From Verrucomicrobiales bacterium (GTDB lineage: Bacteria > Verrucomicrobiota > Verrucomicrobiia > Verrucomicrobiales > V1-33), in the NCBI GenBank assembly GCA_031411295.1, contig JANOAV010000046.1, forward strand, positions 1 to 27,765: a DNA stretch of 27,765 nucleotides, written 5' to 3'. This document shows, piece by piece, positions 1 to 7,136 of this stretch (the stretch's first letter is position 1; every line of letters begins with the position of its first letter). Under the pieces are notes generated by a model. It was given only the letters and a program-made list of their open reading frames with translations, had not been told where the DNA came from and searched no databases. A program made the position numbers and the translations under genes.

Positions 1-20
1 CGGGCTGAAGCCCGAACTCC
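1..20. repeat. REP-like palindromic element, probably truncated by the window edge
   Basis: CGGGCTGAAGCCCG (CGGGCT/AGCCCG inverted arms) followed by AACTCC, 17 nt beyond the stop of the dehydrogenase gene. It resembles GGAGTT...CTTCAGCC-type REP units; the partner half would lie outside the window. Confidence 0.45.
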
Positions 21-37
21 AACGGGGTGAGGCAATA

Positions 38-1375
38 CTATTTCTTCTGTAATGGTGCGACCACCGCCCCGGTGGGGACTTTGCCCGCGGCTACGATCTT
101 CCAGACGGCTCCGCGTTCGCTGGTGGCAGGATCTACGGGGCCGCCGTAGCCTGCGGTGGCGTGGGTTACGTAAATGTTCCCCGCTTCATCTTCGCCACCG
201 CTGGTGGGCTTCAGGGCGGTGTCGAGATCCAACAGTTCTTCCATTTGCCATTTGCCGGCGGCATCTTTTTGGACGCCCCAGACCTTGCCGCTTCCCCAGT
301 CGGCAGTGAAATACGTGCCGTCCAGATTGGGGAAATCCTTGCCGCGATACACGCCCAGTCCAATGACGCAGATGCCCTGATCCACGTGGCTGTATTCTGC
401 GATCGGCAAAATTCCCACGCGGGGATTGGTCTTGTCATCCTCGATGGGGAAAGTGTGGCTGCCGCACATGAATTTCCATCCGTAATTCTCCCCGCCCTTG
501 CTGGAGGCTGGTTGGAAGTTGATTTCCTCCCAGTGGTTCTGACCGATGTCCGCGATATACATATCGCCCGTCTTGCGGTCGAACGAGAACGTCCATGGAT
601 TACGAATCCCGTAGGCCCAGATTTCTGGTTTGGCCTTGGGATGAATCTGGGAGAATTGCTTTTCGCTAACTCCGAAGAGCGTCATCTGCTGAAGGGGTGT
701 AAGGAAAGGATTATCCTTGGGAATGGAATAGGCGCGGTCTGGCGTGCTGTGCTCCACGTCGATGCGCAGCATTTTGCCCATAAACGTGCTCAGGTCCTGG
801 CCTGCGCTGATGACATCGCCTTCCCAACCACCGTCGCCTACGCCCACGTAGAGGTAGCCGTCCGGACCGAACGCCATTTTGCCGCCGTGGTGATTACAGT
901 AGGGGAAATCCAACTGCATGATGACCTTGCCGCTCTCGGGATCGGCCTTGTCAGGATTCTTGGCAGACACTTTGTATTCCATTAGGAGCGTGGAACCGTT
1001 GAACCAAAGGTCGGAATAAGCGATATAAAATTTGCCGTTCTCTTTGAACTTCGGATGGAATTCGATGGCGAACAATCCCTCTTCCAGGAAGGAACTCAGC
1101 GTCTTGTCCTTGAGATCGAGAAATGGTTTCTCCAGCAACTTGCCGTCTTTAATGACGCGGACCAAGCCGTTGCGTTCACAGACGAAGAGTCGGCCACTGC
1201 CATCCTTGGGAGCGGTCACGTGGATGGGATCGATCAGGCCGTCCGCCACCTTGACGAGTTGGATGGCGTGGTTGCCCGTGAGTTTGCCGCCGGGTTGGGC
1301 GGGAGTTACTTCCTGAGCAGTAACGAAGGGAGCCGTGAGGCTGATGGCTAGTGTTAGTTTAGTGAGCGATTTCAT
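38..1375 (-). CDS. Secreted PQQ-dependent glucose/sorbosone dehydrogenase family (GSDH beta-propeller) protein
   Basis: Signal peptide MKSLTKLTLAISLTAPFVTA/Q from ATG 1375. Family motifs: EEGLFAIEFHPKF, NHHGGKMAFGPDGYLYVGVGDGG, GKMLRID, IWAYGIRNPW, IADIGQNHWEEIN, NYGW. Confidence 0.88.
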   Translation of the reverse strand: MKSLTKLTLAISLTAPFVTAQEVTPAQPGGKLTGNHAIQLVKVADGLIDPIHVTAPKDGSGRLFVCERNGLVRVIKDGKLLEKPFLDLKDKTLSSFLEEGLFAIEFHPKFKENGKFYIAYSDLWFNGSTLLMEYKVSAKNPDKADPESGKVIMQLDFPYCNHHGGKMAFGPDGYLYVGVGDGGWEGDVISAGQDLSTFMGKMLRIDVEHSTPDRAYSIPKDNPFLTPLQQMTLFGVSEKQFSQIHPKAKPEIWAYGIRNPWTFSFDRKTGDMYIADIGQNHWEEINFQPASSKGGENYGWKFMCGSHTFPIEDDKTNPRVGILPIAEYSHVDQGICVIGLGVYRGKDFPNLDGTYFTADWGSGKVWGVQKDAAGKWQMEELLDLDTALKPTSGGEDEAGNIYVTHATAGYGGPVDPATSERGAVWKIVAAGKVPTGAVVAPLQKK

Positions 1376-1492
1376 GAAGAGCTTTGGTGACTGATGATGT
1401 AAGAGCAGGCAAATATTACCCGAAGTCACCAAGCTAGCGGAAATTGCGAAACTCAGGCAAGTAAGAAATTACGTGAATTGCGCTTCCTGCGC

Positions 1493-3751
1493 CTAGAGTT
1501 TCTCCACAATCCACACGGCATCGGCGTGCACGTTGCCATGGGCACCGGCCACTTTGAGGGTAACAGTATTGGCGGCGTCTGCTTGGAAACTGAAGACTCC
1601 CACTGAGGTGAATCCTTCCGGCCCCGTGGGAGCTTGTTTTTGATTCAACTTCACCACGTGATCTGGCGAAATTTCACATGCTGCATTGTCCGCACGATTT
1701 TCATGGGGCTGCCAAGAGATGCGCACTTCGTAGTTGCCGGTCTTGGCGACTTTGAAGGGAAATGTTGCCGAGGCTTTGGCATCATGGGAGTAATGGTAGC
1801 CCGTGCCCTGGTAGCCTTTCAGCCCCGTGCCTTCAGTCCAATCTCCTGCCAGCACGGCCTGCGTGTCATCAATCACGATGCCGGGGAGATCACTCTTGAA
1901 GCCGGTGGTCTTGGCGGGCTTCGTCTCCGGCGGAGCCACCAGCGGAGCTTCGAGCGACTCCCTCCGGGCGGCTCCAGGTTGCTTGAAGAGTTCGATCAAT
2001 TCTCCGAGATAACTTTGATACACGCCGCGGGGCGTGCTTTTCTTGGCCACGCAGAGATATGCTGCCTTGCCAACCACCTCGCCCATCATGCCACACGTGC
2101 GCATCACGCGAACCGTGCCCAGGGCTTCATGAGTCACGCTGAGACAACGACCGGCCATGAACAAATTTTCCACGTCCTTACTGTAAAAGCAGCGGTAGGG
2201 CAGGGGATAGCCGTTCTTGCGATCCACCCCTTTGCCGAAGACTGCTTTGGAAATAAACGGATTGTCCGGGAACTTGGCCGCATATTGCTCCTTGGGATAG
2301 TGCAGGTCCAAATCCCACGTCGTGGGCACACAACCGTCTGGGAATTCCTTCTTTTCCACGATGTCCTTGTCGGTTAGAACAATGTCCCCCTGTAGCAAGC
2401 GCGATTCACGCGGCCCGCCGATGTAGGCCACCCATTGGAGTTCGGATTTCTCATGCTTGGCGGCATCCGGACCATTTTTCAGGGCATTGAAGGCTCCGTA
2501 AACCGCTCGCAGATTCCAGTCGCGGACCAGTTCCAAATCATGCAGCGGATGTTTGTCGAAACCACTTTCCCAGAACCATTCGCCCTTGGAAAAAGGCACT
2601 GGTCCTTCCGCCTTCTTCAAGGCCGGGAAATCAGCGGTGGTCAATGGCAACGCCCATTCCGTCTTGGGGAACGGTTGTGGTTTGTCCGTCTCCCCGTGAT
2701 ACCACATATTACTCATGCCTAGGTGGCCCGTTTCCAGCATGAAGAATTCTGCTCCGGCCGCCGCACCCACGGTGCCGTGGCCGGTCGAGTCGCAGAAGAA
2801 CTTGCCGCGCACGTGCTTGGTGGCGCCGGTGTTGACGTCCAGCGTCAGCACAGAGCCAATTTTCTTCTCCGGGCCGGGAGCCATCTTGGCGTCCAGCACA
2901 TGCGTGTTGAGCATCAGATCAATGTTCTTCTCCGCCCGCACGATCGTTTCTTTTTTCTCATCGCCATACTGCTCGGCCAGGCCGGGGGAGTTGTTGGCAT
3001 GATCTGAGAACTCCTGCACAATTTCGCCCAAGCGAGGATACAAGCCCCGTTCTGTGCCGCCCTGCGCCCACACCCGCACTTCGCTGCTGCCATTCCCGCC
3101 GAGCACGGGCCGATCCTGAATCAGCGCGACCTTCAACCCCTGCCGGGCCCCGGAAATGGCGGCCCCCATGCCGGCATACCCGCCGCCGCAGACGACCAAA
3201 TCATATTCCTCACTCACGGGTGGTTGCTCCGGTAAATGGAGCGCCTCCCGCCGGAACTTGGCCATCGCAGGCTTGTCTTGCGGTGGGGCGAAATTAGCGT
3301 CCGAGCTTAGCACAATGGCATCACAGCGCCCGTCGAATCCCGTGAGATCATGCAGGGCAATGCTGTTTTCGCCTTCCTTCAAATTCACACTGCCAGCCAA
3401 CTGCCAATGCCACTCCGCGCCTTCCGTGCCTAGCGTATTCGGCAAGGTGGTGCCATTCACGCTAATGTTAAATTTCCCCGGTGCCCCGGTGGCTTTCCAG
3501 GGAGCCACCCAATCCTTCGTCCGCGCCCAGACCTTGAAGGAACCCGCCCTTGGCGAGAGCACCTTCCCGGAAGCATCCGCCACCGGTTTCCCCAGGCCAT
3601 GCGCCAGCAGATAAGGACTGCCCATGATCTGAATAAATTGCGTGTCCACCGACCACCCACCGCGGTTCGGCAGGGATTCAGTTTCCACAAATAGGGTCTC
3701 CGCAAAAAGCGCGGACGGCAGGAGAGAAAGGAGAATTAGGGAGCGATGCAT
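1493..3751 (-). CDS. Secreted FAD-dependent oxidoreductase with C-terminal golvesin/xanthan-lyase-like beta domain
   Basis: Signal peptide (LLPSALFA/E). Rossmann motif DLVVCGGGYAGMGAAISGARQG, then VLGGNGSSE, FCDSTGHG, GPRESR and NLFMAGRCLS...GTVRVM. The C-terminal VIDD...GDW...GYQGTGY...GNYEVRISW...ADAV pattern fits a golvesin-type domain. Confidence 0.85.
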   Translation of the reverse strand: MHRSLILLSLLPSALFAETLFVETESLPNRGGWSVDTQFIQIMGSPYLLAHGLGKPVADASGKVLSPRAGSFKVWARTKDWVAPWKATGAPGKFNISVNGTTLPNTLGTEGAEWHWQLAGSVNLKEGENSIALHDLTGFDGRCDAIVLSSDANFAPPQDKPAMAKFRREALHLPEQPPVSEEYDLVVCGGGYAGMGAAISGARQGLKVALIQDRPVLGGNGSSEVRVWAQGGTERGLYPRLGEIVQEFSDHANNSPGLAEQYGDEKKETIVRAEKNIDLMLNTHVLDAKMAPGPEKKIGSVLTLDVNTGATKHVRGKFFCDSTGHGTVGAAAGAEFFMLETGHLGMSNMWYHGETDKPQPFPKTEWALPLTTADFPALKKAEGPVPFSKGEWFWESGFDKHPLHDLELVRDWNLRAVYGAFNALKNGPDAAKHEKSELQWVAYIGGPRESRLLQGDIVLTDKDIVEKKEFPDGCVPTTWDLDLHYPKEQYAAKFPDNPFISKAVFGKGVDRKNGYPLPYRCFYSKDVENLFMAGRCLSVTHEALGTVRVMRTCGMMGEVVGKAAYLCVAKKSTPRGVYQSYLGELIELFKQPGAARRESLEAPLVAPPETKPAKTTGFKSDLPGIVIDDTQAVLAGDWTEGTGLKGYQGTGYHYSHDAKASATFPFKVAKTGNYEVRISWQPHENRADNAACEISPDHVVKLNQKQAPTGPEGFTSVGVFSFQADAANTVTLKVAGAHGNVHADAVWIVEKL

Positions 3752-3839
3752 ACGCCTGATACTTGTTGTCTCAGCAACATTCCGCCACCCAGAGCACTAA
3801 TTATTTTGCGTAGAGGGCAGATTTTCCGAAAGGCGACTG

Positions 3840-3930
3840 TTGAGATTTGAGATTTGAGATTTGAGATTTGAGATTTGAGATTTGAGATTTGAGATTTGAG
3901 ATTTGGGATTTGGGATTTGGGATTTGGGAT
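3840..3930. repeat. Heptanucleotide tandem repeat (TTGAGAT)9(TTGGGAT)4
   Basis: Counted directly: nine perfect TTGAGAT units at 3840-3902, then four TTGGGAT units at 3903-3930. Confidence 0.97.
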
Positions 3931-3950
3931 TATGGGGTGGGGGAGATCCG

Positions 3951-3987
3951 ATTTGAAATCTGAAATTTCAAATCTGAAATTCCAAAT
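3951..3987. repeat. Degenerate heptamer tract, inverted relative to 3840-3930
   Basis: ATTTGAA ATCTGAA ATTTCAA ATCTGAA ATTCCAA AT. The units are variants of ATCTCAA, the reverse complement of TTGAGAT. The tract lies 5 nt from the stop of the four-helix-bundle gene. Confidence 0.85.
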
Positions 3988-3992
3988 GGCTG

Positions 3993-4553
3993 CTACGCTT
4001 CCGGCGCATCAGGAATGGGCCCGTGCTTTTGCTCGAATTGCTGACGCAACGGGTGACTGCGGGGAAGCTTTCGGATCATCTGACGCTGCATTTCATTAAA
4101 TTCCTGAGCGCTCGCTGCCTGCTCCTTGCCACGCACATATTGCGCACGGGTTTGGTCATTCAGCCGCCGCTGGCCTGCGATGTCCGAGTTCTGCAAATGA
4201 TCCGCCCAAGCCCGGATCTGGCGTCCGCAAGATTCAGCTAACGCTTTCAACGTTGAAATTTGGGATTTGAATTCTGCCAAAGCGGGTCGGCGCTCGAAGA
4301 AATGGAGCATCGACCGCACCTCCCCCGCACTGCCTCGGGCGATGTAGAGGAACTGGAGCAACTCCGGCGTAGTCCCGCGCTCAAAGCCTTCCGCAATGTT
4401 ATTGGAAACCGACAGCGAGGCCCGGTCCAGTTGATCTGTTTTCCCCCGCGAGATCAATTTTCCCGCCGCCAATAGGAAGTCCTCACACCCTTCCGCCAGC
4501 AACAACGCCGCCTGCCAGACAGGTAAATCCTCGAACCGATTGTAAGTGGCCAT
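3993..4553 (-). CDS. Four helix bundle protein (23S rRNA IVS protein / Avd-like fold family) with C-terminal extension
   Basis: From ATG 4553: MATYNRFEDLPVWQAA...DQLDRASLSVSNNIAEGFERGTTPELLQFLYIARGSAGEVRSML, the characteristic family motifs. The ORF-track extension to 4634 only reads through the heptamer tract. Confidence 0.92.
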   Translation of the reverse strand: MATYNRFEDLPVWQAALLLAEGCEDFLLAAGKLISRGKTDQLDRASLSVSNNIAEGFERGTTPELLQFLYIARGSAGEVRSMLHFFERRPALAEFKSQISTLKALAESCGRQIRAWADHLQNSDIAGQRRLNDQTRAQYVRGKEQAASAQEFNEMQRQMIRKLPRSHPLRQQFEQKHGPIPDAPEA

Positions 4554-4568
4554 GGTGGTTGATGCTTG

Positions 4569-4600
4569 GAGATTTGATGATTTGAAATTTGAGGTTGGGA
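4569..4600. repeat. Degenerate heptamer tract upstream of the four-helix-bundle gene
   Basis: GAGATTT GATGATTT GAAATTT GAGGTTG GGA: same unit family and orientation as 3840-3930, 15 nt upstream of the ATG. Confidence 0.7.
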
Positions 4601-4670
4601 TGCTGTGCTCCTGAAAGGGTTCAAGCTCCGCCAAATCGAGATTGATGATCAGTTTATCCAGTGGGTTAGA

Positions 4671-5894
4671 TCATGGACTATGCGAATTTATCTCGTTCCT
4701 GTCGATTAACTTGGGGGCAGAACTGGGGGTAACAGGTGGCTTGAATGGATTGCTTCCCTTCAAGAGATAACCGAGCAATAGGAGCAAGAGGGCTCCTGCA
4801 AGTATGACCTTTAGTGCCATCAGTAGAGGGGGCTTGAGATCGCGTCCCCAGTTCCGAAAATGATCTTGAATGGAAATGTTGCGCCAATCAGTTTGGTCGA
4901 AAAATAGCGTCCGCATAACATTTTTTCTAATTCCATCAGCATTCTCAGAGATGATTTGTGACGGCAAGATGTGAGAGAGCATGTCCCACCCAGGCCAACT
5001 TCGAGGGCACACGTCCATGGCCTTGCGGAAATGAATTGCGGCCTCTCTAGCATCAAAGGTTTGAGGTGGGCCGTGAATTGGCGCTACTTTATTTTCCCAA
5101 TAGATGCGCTCTGCCAAAGGTAGCACCGAGAAGATATAAGCCGGATTGGCTCGGCGGTCCAAGTTCTCTGAAATGGCCTGCCAAGTCCCCGGGGGTAATT
5201 GGAGGAATAATCGATTTATCAACTTCTGCGCCTGAGCATAATTTACAAATAAGGTCAGGTCGACCGCCAAGATTTGAAAGGCTACGCTTGCCGAATCATC
5301 GTCAGCCAGTCTGTGTGCGATCAACAGTTTAAGGAACTGACCCAGCTGGTTACTCAAACGAAGAATGTGCCATTTTTTCAGGATCAGACTTGCGGTTTGA
5401 TAGGCGCGTATCGGAATCAGTTCGATTACCCGAGTGGGGGTGAAAAACAGACTCAAGAGGCTCGGAAGCTTGGCAATTAGTCCTAGAAGCGTTTGATCGA
5501 AAGTTGCTGCAAATTCGGAATGCCCTTCCAATTGCAGGAGCATTTCCTGCCAAATGGAATCGATCCTAGCTTTGTCCTTCCGACCCATAGCATTGCTGAA
5601 GCGCAATAAAAGTGCAGCCAATTCTGGCGGGAGGAGAAGCTGGCGAGTTTGTGATGACTGCTCAGTGGCTGTCGATTCTGACTCGATCAGAGGAAGGGGA
5701 CGCAAAGGGGGCGGCTGATCGTTCAGTTTAGCCAGCGCCTCTTGATAAGCCTCATGCACCGCGCGGAAGCCATCTGGATCGGTATCTGGTCGGTGGATTT
5801 TGATGAGCCGGGCATAGGCCCGCTTCACGTCCCGCTCCGTGGTGGTCGTGGGATCTAACTGGAGTTGGCTCCAAGGATAGTCTTCATGGCTCAT
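4671..5894 (-). CDS. J-domain-containing membrane-anchored protein (DjlB/DjlC-like co-chaperone architecture)
   Basis: From ATG 5894: YPWSQLQLDP...ERDVKRAYARLIKIHRPDTDPDGFRAVHEAYQEAL is a J-domain with HRPD in place of canonical HPD. A helical middle region follows, then a C-terminal TM segment (VILAGALLLLLLGYLL). The ORF-track start at 6074 overlaps the upstream gene and its terminator. Confidence 0.75.
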   Translation of the reverse strand: MSHEDYPWSQLQLDPTTTTERDVKRAYARLIKIHRPDTDPDGFRAVHEAYQEALAKLNDQPPPLRPLPLIESESTATEQSSQTRQLLLPPELAALLLRFSNAMGRKDKARIDSIWQEMLLQLEGHSEFAATFDQTLLGLIAKLPSLLSLFFTPTRVIELIPIRAYQTASLILKKWHILRLSNQLGQFLKLLIAHRLADDDSASVAFQILAVDLTLFVNYAQAQKLINRLFLQLPPGTWQAISENLDRRANPAYIFSVLPLAERIYWENKVAPIHGPPQTFDAREAAIHFRKAMDVCPRSWPGWDMLSHILPSQIISENADGIRKNVMRTLFFDQTDWRNISIQDHFRNWGRDLKPPLLMALKVILAGALLLLLLGYLLKGSNPFKPPVTPSSAPKLIDRNEINSHSP

Positions 5895-5898
5895 TGTG

Positions 5899-5930
5899 AA
5901 AAACCCCCGCCAGCCAGGCTGACGGGGGTT
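5899..5930 (-). terminator. Rho-independent terminator of the sugar isomerase gene
   Basis: Minus strand AACCCCCGTCAGC-CTG-GCTGGCGGGGGTT running into a T5 tract, about 23 nt after the stop at 5954. Confidence 0.75.
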
Positions 5931-5953
5931 GCTTGAATGAGTGAAGTCCTCGT

Positions 5954-6949
5954 TTACGACTTCTTGTCGAACTGGGCGTCGAAGACGATGTTCGAGGGTG
6001 GGAAGTCGAGCTTTTTGGTGAAGGCGCAGGATTCGGTGGCTCCGAATTCGCGATCCATGCCGCCGTCTTCCCATTCGATGCTGAGCGGGCCCATGTATTT
6101 GATGTCGTTGAGGGCGCGGATGATCTTTTCGAAGTTAATGCAACCACGACCAACGCTCTTGAAATCCCAGTAGCGGTTCGGTTGATGGAAATCTACGTTG
6201 CCGCCGAAGACTCCGGCTTCGCTGCCGAGGTTCCAGGCGACGTCTTTCATATGCACATGGAAAATACGATCGGCAAATTTCCGGATAAACGCGACATAGT
6301 CCACGCCTTGATAGCCGAAGTGGCTGGGATCGTAGTTGAAGCCGAATGCGGGGTGGTTATTCACTGCTTTCAGAGCGCGTTCGGCGGAAGCGATGTCGAA
6401 GGCGATTTCGGTGGGGTGGACTTCCAAGGCATATTTGATGCCGAGCTTTTGGAATTCATCGAGAATGGGGATGAAGCGCTTGGCGAAATCGGCATAACCA
6501 GCGTCGATCTGACCAGGGAGGACCGGTGGGAAGGAATAGCAGAGGTGCCAGATGCTGGAACCGGTGAAGCCATTCACGACGCTAACACCGAAGCGTTTGG
6601 CGGCATGGGCGGTGGCGATGAGTTCGGCGGCGGCACGCTGGCGGACGCCTTCGGGATCTCCGTCGCCATAGATGTAATCTGGCAGAATCTGCGCATGGCG
6701 GGCGTCGATGTTATCGCACACGGCTTGGCCGACGAGGTGGGTGGAGATGGCGTAGCATTTCATGCCGGCGGCATCCAGCGCTGCGCGTTTGGCGTCGCAG
6801 TAGGCTTGGTCGGCCTTGGCCACTTCAAAGTGGTCTCCCCAGCAGGCGAGTTCCAAGCCGTCATAGCCAAATTGTTTGCCCTTGGTGAGCATGTCGGTGA
6901 ATTTCAAGTCGGCCCATTGGCCAGTGAAGAGAGTTACGGGTCTTGCCAT
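5954..6949 (-). CDS. Sugar phosphate isomerase/epimerase (xylose isomerase-like TIM barrel, IolE/AP-endonuclease-2 fold)
   Basis: From ATG 6949: [28 protein letters not shown], and metal-ligand motifs ALEVHP, NYDPSH, HVHMKD and LSIEWED. Confidence 0.9.
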   Translation of the reverse strand: MARPVTLFTGQWADLKFTDMLTKGKQFGYDGLELACWGDHFEVAKADQAYCDAKRAALDAAGMKCYAISTHLVGQAVCDNIDARHAQILPDYIYGDGDPEGVRQRAAAELIATAHAAKRFGVSVVNGFTGSSIWHLCYSFPPVLPGQIDAGYADFAKRFIPILDEFQKLGIKYALEVHPTEIAFDIASAERALKAVNNHPAFGFNYDPSHFGYQGVDYVAFIRKFADRIFHVHMKDVAWNLGSEAGVFGGNVDFHQPNRYWDFKSVGRGCINFEKIIRALNDIKYMGPLSIEWEDGGMDREFGATESCAFTKKLDFPPSNIVFDAQFDKKS

Positions 6950-7052
6950 GATTTGCTGAAGGTTGGATTTTCGAATTTGAGAGATTGGCTGATGATTAAC
7001 AATCGTGCGGGCTTGCGCAAGTTCAGATTGCAGATTTCCGCGCAGGAAATCC

Positions 7053-7105
7053 AAAAAAACACGCACCCCACGCCTGGGCTCTTTTTGCGGAGCCAGGGTG
7101 GGGTG
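7053..7105 (-). terminator. Rho-independent terminator downstream of the metalloprotease gene
   Basis: Minus strand CACCCCACCCTGGCTC-loop-GAGCCCAGGCGTGGGGTG, followed by CGTG and a T7 tract. Confidence 0.65.
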
Positions 7106-7136
7106 GAGGATGCTTCATTTGGCCAGAGCCAATTGT

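Noticed and set aside
3763..3780. TGTTG-N6-CAACA palindrome resembling the one at 24964-24986
   Set aside because: Arms are only 5 bp and the spacer differs, so it cannot be distinguished from chance or a local operator.
3840..3987. CRISPR array or coding ORF (3896-4099, MRFGIWDLGFGI...)
   Set aside because: Contiguous 7-bp units with no unique spacers and no cas genes. The ORF is just a translation of the repeat, antisense to a real gene.
3993..4553. 23S rRNA intervening sequence
   Set aside because: No rRNA sequence flanks the gene; both neighbours are protein-coding.
5895..6074. N-terminal extensions proposed by the ORF track (also 1376-1432, 4554-4634, 6950-7066, 10161-10232, 15440-15502, 17340-17471)
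   Set aside because: They overlap upstream genes, terminators or repeats, or precede clear signal peptides or family N-termini. Downstream ATGs fit better.
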